Assembly (NCBI GenBank): GCA_964611775.1 | Contig: CAZTEE010000001.1 | Coordinates: forward strand, 1-32,990 | Direction: 5' to 3' | Source of the DNA: an uncultured Phycisphaeraceae bacterium | GTDB lineage: Bacteria; Planctomycetota; Phycisphaerae; Phycisphaerales; UBA1924 | DNA length: 32,990 nucleotides | Shown: piece after piece, positions 1 to 8,186 of the stretch | How the letters are laid out: each line of letters begins with the position of its first letter | Numbering within the stretch: position 1 is the stretch's first letter | Translations under genes and position numbers: made by a program | Notes under the pieces: generated by a model | Databases searched by the model: none | Seen by the model: only the letters and a program-made list of their open reading frames with translations | Told to the model about the DNA's origin: nothing

Positions 1-15
1 CACAACCTCAATCCC

Positions 16-66
16 CCGTGGGACGGACCTCCGCATTCCGTGGGGCGGGCCTCCGTGCCCGCACGG
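16..66. repeat. GC-rich tandem direct repeat plus short palindrome (REP-like)
   Basis: CCGTGGGaCGGaCCTCCG (16-33) is repeated as CCGTGGGGCGGGCCTCCG (38-55). It is followed by the palindrome CCGTGC-CC-GCACGG (53-66). The element is intergenic, at the window edge. Confidence 0.5.
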
Positions 67-200
67 GTCGTTTCTGGATCTGTTTATTATTGGTAGGGAC
101 GCTGTTCCCGACCAGGCGGAGACGCCTGACCCGCGTCTGATTTCAAGTCCGCCACTGGGTGTGTGAGCATTCGAGAATCCGCGTGCAGCCGCGATGTATA

Positions 201-851
201 ATGCTCGACGTGCTCGCCGATTCCTTTGAAACAGCCCGCGTGATCTTCGATCGCGGCGGGTGGGTGATGTGGCCGTTGCTCGCGCTGAGTATGGTCGCGG
301 TCGCTCTCAGCGCCGAGCGCCTCATTTTCTGGGGTTTGACGCACCGCCCCGGACGTGGGCGATGGCTAGCTCGGCTGGCGGATCGGCTCCGCGCTGGCGA
401 CGACAAGGGCGCACGGGCCGTGCTCGGCTCGGACGGGTCTGTATACGGACGCGTCGCCGCCAGGCTGCTCTCAACCCCAGCCTCCGAAGAGGCCATCATC
501 GAGATCATCGAAGCAGAGCGGCCCGGGTTCGAACGATTCTCCATCGCACTTTCAACGATCATCACCGCGGCGCCCCTCGTCGGCATACTCGGAACCGTGC
601 TAGGTATCATCGAAAGTTTCGAACTCCTCGGCGGGGCGACCGGGTCGCCCGTGTCGGACCCCGCCCAGGTCGCCGCGGGCATCGCCAAGGCACTCATCAC
701 CACCGCGTTCGGGCTGGTCATCTCCGCGTTCACTCTCTTCCCTCACGCCATGGCCCGGGCGAGCGCATCAAGGTGCGTGGGCAGGCTCGAATCGCTAGGC
801 GCCGCGGCGATCCAGGGGCGAGCAGCCTCGCACGGCCCGCGAAAAGATTAA
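201..851 (+). CDS. MotA/TolQ/ExbB-family proton-channel protein
   Basis: Derived from ORF 159..851. Hydrophobic segments WPLLALSMVAVALSAERLIFW, IITAAPLVGILGTVLGII and AKALITTAFGLVISAF match the family layout and the GILGTV.GI / AL.TT..GL signatures. The in-frame ATG at 201 is preferred over the GTG at 159. No ExbD/TolR gene follows. Confidence 0.8.
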   Translation: MLDVLADSFETARVIFDRGGWVMWPLLALSMVAVALSAERLIFWGLTHRPGRGRWLARLADRLRAGDDKGARAVLGSDGSVYGRVAARLLSTPASEEAIIEIIEAERPGFERFSIALSTIITAAPLVGILGTVLGIIESFELLGGATGSPVSDPAQVAAGIAKALITTAFGLVISAFTLFPHAMARASASRCVGRLESLGAAAIQGRAASHGPRKD

Positions 852-976
852 ATCTTCAACCGCCGCGCCCGGTTTGCGCGTCGCTCCGAAGCCCGAGGAT
901 GAAATCCCTGGGCACGATGCGCTATTAACAATGAAATAGTGACGTCGAGGCTCGGGGAGCATTCACGCCGCGGAGC

Positions 977-1072
977 GTACGGGCGAGACGCCCGTGCCAC
1001 CGTTTGCGCCCGTGCCACTGTTTCCGACCCCCTCTCCCGCTGGGCGAGGGACGGGTAAAGGGACGAAACAGT
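977..1072. repeat. REP-like palindromic element cluster between convergent genes
   Basis: Contains the palindrome ACGGGCG-AGA-CGCCCGT (979-995). CCCGTGCCACcGTTT (991-1005) is repeated as CCCGTGCCACTGTTT (1008-1022). A long-range inverted repeat pairs CACTGTTTC (1016-1024) with GAAACAGTG (1064-1072). The element lies between the exbB-like stop (851) and the ptsN stop (1148). Confidence 0.6.
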
Positions 1073-1147
1073 GCTGGGCACAAATCATGATCAACAAACA
1101 CGGTTCTGAGAGCAGAGCGATCCCGCGCTGATATTATAAATATTGAA

Positions 1148-1621
1148 TCACCGCGCCGAGGACGAAGCCGCCTCGTGCTCCTGGAGGATCTCGTAGGCCT
1201 CTCCCGCGGTGCTCGCCGCGTAGATGCGCTCGCGGAACTCCTCGTTCATGATCATCCGGCTGATCCGCGCGAGCGCCTGGATGTGGTCGTTGGTCCGATC
1301 GACCGGGCTTGCGAGCAGCACGACGAGGCGCACGGGCTTGCCGTCGATCGAGCCGAAGTCGATGGGTTCTGTGGGGCGTCCGATCGCCATCGCGAGTTCG
1401 CGTACGGCGTCGGACTTCCCGTGCGGGATCGCCAGACCGTGCCCGATGCCCGTGGTTCGCGCCTGCTCGCGGGACCATACGGCGTCCTTGAGAGCGGCGG
1501 GGTCAGCGACCTTACCGGCGGCGTCGAGCGTGTCGACGAGTTCCTCGATGACGCCCTTCTTGTCGGCGGCGGCGAGGGGCGCCTTGATGCAATCCGGCGT
1601 GATTAGTTCGAGCAAATTCAT
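1148..1621 (-). CDS. ptsN: PTS EIIA(Ntr)-type nitrogen regulatory protein
   Basis: 157-aa ORF with an ATG start. It has the PTS_EIIA type-2 fold signature, with the phosphorylatable His context TTGIGHGLAIPHGK. The length is typical of PtsN. Confidence 0.85.
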   Translation of the reverse strand: MNLLELITPDCIKAPLAAADKKGVIEELVDTLDAAGKVADPAALKDAVWSREQARTTGIGHGLAIPHGKSDAVRELAMAIGRPTEPIDFGSIDGKPVRLVVLLASPVDRTNDHIQALARISRMIMNEEFRERIYAASTAGEAYEILQEHEAASSSAR

Positions 1622-1748
1622 CTCGCGCCCAAGCCTCGCGCTCTCGTTGGTCAGCGGGCCGGGGATCGACTCCTCCGGACGATCGGTCCGCCGCTGAACC
1701 GGGCATCCTACCCGTTACGGCCCGCCCGGGGAAGCGCGAGCGCCGGGA

Positions 1749-3104
1749 TCAGCGGCTTAGCGCTGCGAATCCGCCGTCGCGCCACGCGCACGCCGGCGCT
1801 CCCGGGCCGCCCTCGGGCCACCGCGTCTCCGACCTCAACGCCCGGCGGTTGTGCCAGCGCTCGAGCCACTTGACCTGATCTTCGTTCTCGCGTCGATCCA
1901 CGCTGCACGTCGTGTACAGGATCGCCGCCCCGTTCGCGAGCAGGCGGATCGAATCCGCCATGATCTGCCGTTGAACATCCACGAGCGAGCCGACGCTCGA
2001 GTCCGACCATCGCCGAGTCGCTTCCACACGCCGGGCGAGCACGCCCGAGTTCGAGCAAGGCACGTCCAGAAGCACGAGATCCGCCACGCCGACGTGATCG
2101 ATAAGTCTGCCCGGTTCGATGACCTCCGTGCTGCGATCGCCGCGGAACACTCGCGCGAGTTCGGCCCGGCGTGCGTCATTCGTGTCCGTGGCGATCACCC
2201 GCGCGTCCGGGAACAACGCCCGGAGTTGTCGCGTCTTCGTTCCCCGCCCGGCGCAGACATCGACAATGACCCGAGGGGAAAGGCCGACCGCGAGCAGCGT
2301 CGCCGCGCTCGAAGTCGGATCTTGCGCCCAGATGTCGCGCCGATCTACGAGCAGATCGGTCAGCGACGCAGCCGACCCTGTGAACAAATGATGCCCGGGC
2401 AGAGAATGCGCCACGAGGTGCTGTTCGGGCAGCGGCTCGCGAGCGAAAGCGGTGTTGAGGACTACAGGCGCACGGGCGACGCCGTGATGCGCGAACCGCC
2501 GGACGTCGTCGATTGAACGATATTTCATCAGTTCGCGCAGAAGCCCGGCCGGGCGACCCGTCGCGACTGCGAGCCGATCGAGGGAGTCCTCGGGGAGGAT
2601 CGGCTCTGCGAGCGGGCGGGCGCCGCCGTCGGATAGGGGGAGTTCGTCGCGGAGGTTGTCCCAGCGATCTTTGCGGGCCGGGGCGTCCGCGTCCTGCACG
2701 ACCAGGGACGCGAACCGCCGCAGGACCGCGTTGACCAGTCCGGCGCTCTTGGCGCCGAGCCGCGACCGTGTCCACCCGACGGTCTCATCGACGACGGCGT
2801 GGGCGGGCAGGCGGTCGAAGAAGAGCAGTTGGGCGCCGCCCGCGAGCAGCGCCGCCCGGACCACAGGGGCGTGATCTCCGAACGGTCGGGTCATGAGCAC
2901 GCCGAGGATGTGCTCGATCGTGCCCCAACGTCGAACCGCCTGATCCACGATCGCGTGCGCGAGGGCGGCGTCGCGCAGCGACAGCCCCGCATCATCGAGA
3001 GGTTCGGGATGCAGATCCGGGTCACGCCGGGCGTGCCGGGTCAGCAGAGTCATGGCGCGAACGCGGGCGGATCGAATGTCGGCGTCGTGTGATAGGTCAG
3101 GCAC
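1749..3104 (-). CDS. rsmB: 16S rRNA (cytosine-C5)-methyltransferase, RsmB/Sun family (NusB-like N-domain plus SAM methyltransferase)
   Basis: Derived from ORF 1749..3272. SAM-binding motif VIVDVCAGRGTKT and catalytic motifs LLDVPCSNSGVLARR and ILYTTCSVDRRENE are present. There is a NusB-like N-terminus (SARVRAMTLL...LAHAIV). The start is uncertain: GTG at 3104 is chosen, ATG at 3053 is the alternative, and the track's 3272 start adds non-homologous residues. Confidence 0.85.
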   Translation of the reverse strand: MPDLSHDADIRSARVRAMTLLTRHARRDPDLHPEPLDDAGLSLRDAALAHAIVDQAVRRWGTIEHILGVLMTRPFGDHAPVVRAALLAGGAQLLFFDRLPAHAVVDETVGWTRSRLGAKSAGLVNAVLRRFASLVVQDADAPARKDRWDNLRDELPLSDGGARPLAEPILPEDSLDRLAVATGRPAGLLRELMKYRSIDDVRRFAHHGVARAPVVLNTAFAREPLPEQHLVAHSLPGHHLFTGSAASLTDLLVDRRDIWAQDPTSSAATLLAVGLSPRVIVDVCAGRGTKTRQLRALFPDARVIATDTNDARRAELARVFRGDRSTEVIEPGRLIDHVGVADLVLLDVPCSNSGVLARRVEATRRWSDSSVGSLVDVQRQIMADSIRLLANGAAILYTTCSVDRRENEDQVKWLERWHNRRALRSETRWPEGGPGAPACAWRDGGFAALSR

Positions 3105-3338
3105 GCCGCGAGTGTACGCTCGAAAGGTCAGCGCCGAGTCACGCCGCGCGCCGCAGCGGCACGGGCACCCCACCCCTGCGCCAATAGAACATCTGGCGTG
3201 ATCCCGTTCACGGGATAGCCCGGTGGCGTGACGTGCCACCGAGTTCGGTCCGCCGAACTCGGTGCAGAACACCTGACGCGCGGGATCGAAGGCACATCGT
3301 CAGCGCTGGGCACCGACTTCGCCGCCGAGCCGTCGAAG

Positions 3339-3620
3339 TCGGTGGCACGGCTCGCACGGAACATGATGGCACAAGTTGATCCGGCCGGGAGCACTGGTGG
3401 CACGGGCGTCTCGCCCGTGCGTGCTGCTGGTTTGTGACATCAGGAGCGGGTGCGGGCTGTGGGATGGTAGGTTGCGGTGTTTTGTGTGCTGTTGGCGCAC
3501 GGCTCTGGAGAGCCGTGCCACCCTGGGAGCCGTGCCATCCCGAGCCGGGCCGTCCTCGGCCCGGTCGTTGCTCGCCAAACTCACAAGCAAGGTTCACGCA
3601 CGGGCGGCTCGTCCGCGCCA
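3339..3620. repeat. BIME-like cluster of two GC-rich palindromic repeat types (REP)
   Basis: Type A is GCACGGGCG-TCT-CGCCCGTGC (3400-3420, 9-bp arms). Type B is GCACGGCTCT-GG-AGAGCCGTGC (3497-3518, 10-bp arms). The direct repeat GAGCCGTGCCA occurs at 3510-3520 and 3527-3537. A further palindrome is CCGGGCCG-TCCT-CGGCCCGG (3545-3564). Degenerate units lie at 3343-3357 and 3596-3620. The whole 366-bp gap 3273-3638 is non-coding. Confidence 0.75.
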
Positions 3621-3638
3621 CTATTGGCTGAATGCAGA

Positions 3639-4970
3639 TCAGTCGTGGCGCAGCGCGACGATCGGGTCCTGCTTCGCCGCGACCATCGCGGGATAGATGC
3701 CGAAGATCAGACCCGTCGCGGTGGCGATCGAGAACGACAGCAGGATCGACCACATCGTGACCGCGGTGGGCAGGTCGAGAGTGGAGTTGAAGAACGACCC
3801 GAGGACGGGCATCCTGGGCAACGCGGGCACAACGATCTCGACCGCTAGCGACAGCCCGACCCCGAGCGCCACTCCGATCAGCCCGCCGATGACCGACAGC
3901 ACGCCCGTCTCGACGAGGAACTGGCTGACGATGTGCTTGCGTGTAGCGCCGATCGCCCGGCGGATGCCGATCTCGCGTGTGCGTTCGGTAACGGACGCGA
4001 GCATGATGTTCATGATCCCGATCCCGCCGACGAGCAGCGAGATGCCCGCGACGGCGCCGAGCACCAGGTTCCACGTCATCGCGCTCTTCTTCGCGTTTTC
4101 GAGAAGTTCGTACGGGACGATGACGGAAATATCGTCCATGTTCTGCCGCCGGCTCTCGATCAGGCGGACCAGGCGAGCCGCGTCCGAAGGCACGCGATCG
4201 CGCGTCGGCGATTCGACGTAGATCTCGTGGACCTGAACTTCGGTGATTTCGCGCGAGCCGGAGTCCCCGCGGATGACGAGGTCGCCGAAGACCATGCGGG
4301 ACGTTGTGAACGGGATGTGAACGTCAAAGTTAAGATCACGTCCCACGAGCGCACCGCCGGCCCCGCCGCTGAGGCCCACCGGCGCGAGCACTCCGATCAC
4401 ACGGACGACCTTGTCATCGATGCGGAACGTCGAGCCGAGCGGGTCTTCGAATGGGAACAGAGCGCGTGAGATCTCGACGCCGATCACCGCGACCATCGCA
4501 TTGGTGTCGAGATCTTCCTGTGTGATGTACCGCCCGCGCTGGAGCCTCAGCCCCGCGAGCGCCGGTAGGTTCGGCGTCACTCCGAACGCCTGGCTCGTCC
4601 GCCGGCGATCCTCCCGGAGCACCTGGCTCCCGACCGCCTTGAGCGGGACGACGATGCAGCCCGTCGGCTCGAAGTTCGATCGGACCACGTCGAGATCCTC
4701 GCGCGTCAGCCCGTACTTGCTCGCCCAGGACTGCTGACGCCCGCCGCCCGCGGTCTGGGTCTGCGGCGGCTTCTGCGAGCGGACGATCACATTTCTCGCC
4801 CCGAGCCGTTCCAGTTGTTCGAGCGCCTGCTGTTTGGACCCCTCGCCGATCGACACCATCGTGATGACCGCAGTCACACCCAGGATGATGCCCAGCGCCG
4901 TCAGGATCGACCGCAGCAGGTGGAGCCGGAGGTTGCGCAGGCCGAGCTGGATGATCTCAAATATGAACAT
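3639..4970 (-). CDS. MacB/FtsX-family ABC transporter permease (with periplasmic MacB_PCD-like domain)
   Basis: Derived from ORF 3639..5342, trimmed to the ATG at 4970. The N-terminus MFIFEIIQLGLRNLRLHLLRSILTALGIILGVTAVITMVSIGEG is typical of the family. The C-terminal FtsX module shows ERTREIGIRRAIGATRKHI. No ATPase gene is adjacent. Confidence 0.85.
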   Translation of the reverse strand: MFIFEIIQLGLRNLRLHLLRSILTALGIILGVTAVITMVSIGEGSKQQALEQLERLGARNVIVRSQKPPQTQTAGGGRQQSWASKYGLTREDLDVVRSNFEPTGCIVVPLKAVGSQVLREDRRRTSQAFGVTPNLPALAGLRLQRGRYITQEDLDTNAMVAVIGVEISRALFPFEDPLGSTFRIDDKVVRVIGVLAPVGLSGGAGGALVGRDLNFDVHIPFTTSRMVFGDLVIRGDSGSREITEVQVHEIYVESPTRDRVPSDAARLVRLIESRRQNMDDISVIVPYELLENAKKSAMTWNLVLGAVAGISLLVGGIGIMNIMLASVTERTREIGIRRAIGATRKHIVSQFLVETGVLSVIGGLIGVALGVGLSLAVEIVVPALPRMPVLGSFFNSTLDLPTAVTMWSILLSFSIATATGLIFGIYPAMVAAKQDPIVALRHD

Positions 4971-5054
4971 GGTCGGCTCAACTGTAGCGCCGGCGCGTCC
5001 CGTGGTTGCATCGCCCGGCCGGTTTGGACGGATCGGCCCGTGTAGCATGGCCGC

Positions 5055-5354
5055 ATGGACCGCCCGGTCGAAGTGCGGATAGTGCGTGAAGCCGACGCGC
5101 CGACAGCGTGGGACTTCGATATCCGTCTCGGCGACCAGACGAGCGGGCGGATCGTTAGGCTTCGGCTGGCGTGGGCCGACTATGAGCACTGGTCGGGCGG
5201 TCGGCTCGCGCCCGAAGAGGTCGCAGCAGCGGTGATGCGCTGCGCCGTCGAGGCGGTCGGCGAAGACGCGATCCCCGAACGCGAAGACGCGGCGACATTC
5301 CGCCGGACCTCGCCGGGCTTTGATGAACGCCTGACCGAACATCTCCCCAGGTGA
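5055..5354 (+). CDS. hypothetical protein (99 aa, no family recognised)
   Basis: ATG-initiated ORF that fills an otherwise 430-bp gap. By hand count, about three quarters of its codons end in G/C, which is compatible with coding. The opposing frame is an R-rich shadow. Confidence 0.45.
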   Translation: MDRPVEVRIVREADAPTAWDFDIRLGDQTSGRIVRLRLAWADYEHWSGGRLAPEEVAAAVMRCAVEAVGEDAIPEREDAATFRRTSPGFDERLTEHLPR

Positions 5355-5399
5355 GCCTGGGTAGGCCGATCGCCGCTGACCACGCCGACGCCGACGGCT

Positions 5400-7307
5400 T
5401 CAGCCCGCGATCTCGCCGTCCTCGGACTCGACACGCCCGCTGACCGCCGAGACGCTCAGGCGCTCAGTCATTGATTCGAGCGAGAACGGCCAGCGGTGCT
5501 CGCTCTGAAGCGATCGGCGCCGGAATGACTGCACCTGCTGCACGATCTGCTGGAACGTCTCGTACGGCAGCGGTGTAATATTGTGAATCTCCGCCACGGC
5601 CAGCGACAGCGTCGAAGGCGTCGGGACGATCACAAGCCGATCCGCCATCGGCAGTTCTTCGGTCGCGATCGTTGGATCCAGCCCCGCCGACGCGTCCATG
5701 ATCCCGTCGCGCACACGCTGGAGATCCTCTTCGGACAGATTCGTCTGCTGGCCGAAGACGGTCCGGCTTACCGCGACCTCGGGGTAGATCAGGCTTACAC
5801 GGTACGGAACCGTCGCGTCCTGAAACCCTTTCTCTACGACGGCGCCGCGTAACTCGTCGATCCGCGTGACCAGCCTTTCGTACTCGTGCAGGCGTTTTAG
5901 ATCGTTGACGATCAGCGCGCGGACCTCGTCGACGGAATCCGGCGGGGACTCCGGCCGAACCTCGTTGATCCGGAAAAAGCACAGCGTCCCTCCGTCGGCC
6001 AGCAGCGGGTCGGGGAACGATACACCGGCCTGGACACCCATCGCGCCCGCCCCGCCGAGCCGTTCCAAAGAGAACACCAGATCCGCGAACGTGACCGGCA
6101 CTCGCCCGACCGCGATCCGCGCCTGCCCGATCACCGGGAGCGCGGCGACGTCGCTGCGCGTCAGCCAGAACGGGTCGCGCAGCACGTCGGGGCGCGGCAA
6201 GGGGACGCCCGTGCGCTCGAGCACGTCGCGCTCGATCTTCAGCGCCAGCGATTCGAACGATTCACGCCGGACTCCCCAGTCCGGGGGCAGGATGTACCGG
6301 CCCTGGGCGTCGGTGTTGAGCGTCGCCGTCGCCTGGAGGATCGCGCCTTTATAAGACTCGCGCACCCGGGCCGCGACGCGGTCGACCTCGCGGTTGCGCA
6401 GCTCGCGTTCGACCGAAGGTTTGGCAAGCGCGAAACTCTCCCCGTAGCGGTCCTTGTTGTTCTGCCAGTGGACGTTGACCTCGATCGGGTCGAGCGTGAC
6501 CGCGCGTTCGATGTCGCTGCGCGTGACAAGCATCCACTCGAGCCGGACCGCCGGCTCGCGGAGATAGCCGAACCCGTGCTCGCCGTCGCCGCGGCGGGTG
6601 TTCTTATATTTTTCGAACGTCGCGATGATCTCATCCTCGGCCGGTTCGGGCGTGCTCTCGTTGATGAGCGCCGCGGCGTTGATCGGCGCGTAGCGCACGC
6701 CGACGGATTCCTGAAGGTCGCGCGCCGCGATCGACAGTTCCGGCGCCGAGAGAGTCAACGCGCCGAGGTAGACCGACTGCATCCTGAACACCCCGCGAAT
6801 GCGCGAGACGATCCCGTCGACGGACTCCGGCGTCTGACCGGCGTTGATCGCGTTGGTCCGCGCCTGCTCGAGCGAGGCGCGGATGAACTGCGTCGCGACG
6901 TCCTGCTGCGACAGCATCGACGCCACGTCCCGCCCGAAGATCTGCCTCAGCTCGACGATCGCGAACTCGGCGGCCAAAGAATCGAGCGCGTTGCGCCCGT
7001 CCTCCGGCCCGCCCACGAACCCGGCTGCGTCGGCTTCACGTTTGAGCAGCGTCCAGTGCAGCGGGGACTCGATCCCGAGGTACTGCTGCCGCATCGCCGG
7101 GTACAGCGAGTCCATGAACTGGAGCTCCTGCCCGGCGCGGATCAGGTCGCCCTCGGTGATCCGCCCGCCGGCGTAGTTGAACGCCGTGCGCTCGCGCGGA
7201 TCGCCGATGAGCTGGCTCACGCCCTGCGGCAGGAGGAAGACCACCATCAGGAAGGCGAAGCCGATCACGAGAATGATCTTGTTATATTTACGAAAGAACT
7301 TGAGCAT
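5400..7307 (-). CDS. PpiD/SurA-N-like membrane-anchored periplasmic chaperone candidate
   Basis: 635-aa ORF. The N-terminus MLKFFRKYNKIILVIGFAFLMVVFLLPQG resembles the PpiD-type signal anchor with a SurA_N-like start. I could not recognise a parvulin PPIase signature in the remainder. Confidence 0.5.
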   Translation of the reverse strand: MLKFFRKYNKIILVIGFAFLMVVFLLPQGVSQLIGDPRERTAFNYAGGRITEGDLIRAGQELQFMDSLYPAMRQQYLGIESPLHWTLLKREADAAGFVGGPEDGRNALDSLAAEFAIVELRQIFGRDVASMLSQQDVATQFIRASLEQARTNAINAGQTPESVDGIVSRIRGVFRMQSVYLGALTLSAPELSIAARDLQESVGVRYAPINAAALINESTPEPAEDEIIATFEKYKNTRRGDGEHGFGYLREPAVRLEWMLVTRSDIERAVTLDPIEVNVHWQNNKDRYGESFALAKPSVERELRNREVDRVAARVRESYKGAILQATATLNTDAQGRYILPPDWGVRRESFESLALKIERDVLERTGVPLPRPDVLRDPFWLTRSDVAALPVIGQARIAVGRVPVTFADLVFSLERLGGAGAMGVQAGVSFPDPLLADGGTLCFFRINEVRPESPPDSVDEVRALIVNDLKRLHEYERLVTRIDELRGAVVEKGFQDATVPYRVSLIYPEVAVSRTVFGQQTNLSEEDLQRVRDGIMDASAGLDPTIATEELPMADRLVIVPTPSTLSLAVAEIHNITPLPYETFQQIVQQVQSFRRRSLQSEHRWPFSLESMTERLSVSAVSGRVESEDGEIAG

Positions 7308-7361
7308 GTCCGACCCTCGCGTGTGGCGTCCGGGCCGCGGCCGGGCCGCCGCCCGACGGGA

Positions 7362-7961
7362 TCAGCGGTAGAACTCGATGACCAGATTCATGTTGATGTC
7401 GAACGGGACCGCGTCGGCGCTCGGCTCGGCGATCATCCGCGCCTTGAGTTCCGACGGGTTCACGTCCAGCCAGTCCGGCGTGATGTGCCCCGCCATCGAC
7501 TCCATCATGTCGCGAACCACCGCGTGCAAGCCCGGCTTGAGCGTGATCTCATCGCCGGGACGGAGAGTGCAACTCGGCCTGTCGGTTTTGCGACCGTTCA
7601 ACAGAACATGCCCGTGAGCCACGAACTGCCGCGCCTGCCAGATCGTCCGCGCAAAGCCCGCCCGGCGGACGGCGTTGTCCAGACGGGATTCGAGCAGCTG
7701 GAGCAGCACCTCGCCGGTGTTGCCCTTGCTTCGCTGCGCCTCGGCCATCGTCTTGCGGAACTGCTTCTCGAGCAGGTTGTAGTGGTAACGGAGCTTCTGC
7801 TTCTCGACGAGGCGCACGCCGTACTCACGCAAGCGCCGGCCGCGGTATCCGTGCATCCCGGGCGGCGACAACTGACGCCGGGCCGTGTGCTTGGGGATAT
7901 CCGCGATCGGGACTCCGACGCGACGCGACAGTTTGACCTTGGGGCCGAGATAACGTGCCAT
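7362..7961 (-). CDS. rpsD: 30S ribosomal protein S4
   Basis: The N-terminus MARYLGPKVKLSRRVG and the S4 RNA-binding domain (RLDNAVRRAGFARTIWQARQFVAHGHVLLNG) are present. The gene is 199 aa and monocistronic here. Confidence 0.97.
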   Translation of the reverse strand: MARYLGPKVKLSRRVGVPIADIPKHTARRQLSPPGMHGYRGRRLREYGVRLVEKQKLRYHYNLLEKQFRKTMAEAQRSKGNTGEVLLQLLESRLDNAVRRAGFARTIWQARQFVAHGHVLLNGRKTDRPSCTLRPGDEITLKPGLHAVVRDMMESMAGHITPDWLDVNPSELKARMIAEPSADAVPFDINMNLVIEFYR

Positions 7962-8186
7962 CCGCGATTCTCCGTCCTGCCGGTCCGTGCGCCATCGCGC
8001 CCGCCGGGGTGCTCGGGGTGTATCTGAGCGATCGGCGGGGTTGCCCGCGACTGCGGCCCGCTTGCCTTGCCGATCCGGTCCGATCCGTTGTCAGCCCCGT
8101 ATTGAACCGCCTCACACCGGAATCGTCAAATCGGGTCGGAATCGGCGCCCACGCGTTGCTCCGGCCCGCTACGTCGGCTAGCGTTC

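Noticed and set aside
526-540. GGTTCGAA motif resembling a tRNA T-arm
   Set aside because: It lies inside the well-supported ExbB-like reading frame, and no acceptor or anticodon stems can be built around it.
3339-3620. CRISPR array as the explanation for the clustered palindromic repeats
   Set aside because: The units are of two different types, irregularly spaced and in mixed arrangement. There are no constant-length spacers and no cas genes in the window.
3208-4074. 288-aa minus-strand ORF and neighbouring ORFs (3300..3590, 3376..3696, 3477..3848) across the 3.3-3.6 kb gap
   Set aside because: They are read through REP palindromes and into an alternate frame of the permease gene. The peptide strings are repeat-derived (R/P/G/H-rich) and not credible proteins.
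4971-5342. N-terminal extensions offered by the ORF track for several genes (3639..5342, 1749..3272, 12499..14046, 15468..16790, 25810..26997, 9953..11515, 9851..10606)
   Set aside because: In each case homology begins at an internal ATG or GTG and the upstream part is R-rich non-homologous sequence. It often overlaps a neighbouring real gene or a divergent promoter region. The genes were trimmed accordingly.
6468-8027. 519-aa plus-strand ORF spanning the PpiD-like gene and rpsD regions
   Set aside because: It is antisense to two well-supported genes, one of which (rpsD) is unmistakable. The composition is rich in R, D, E and L with no recognisable domain. This is a typical high-GC shadow ORF.
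7962-8186. Purine riboswitch or S4-binding leader in the rpsD/purF divergent intergenic region
   Set aside because: I could not recognise the conserved purine-riboswitch junction or loop motifs, or a defined S4 pseudoknot, by eye. There is no support without covariance-model scanning.
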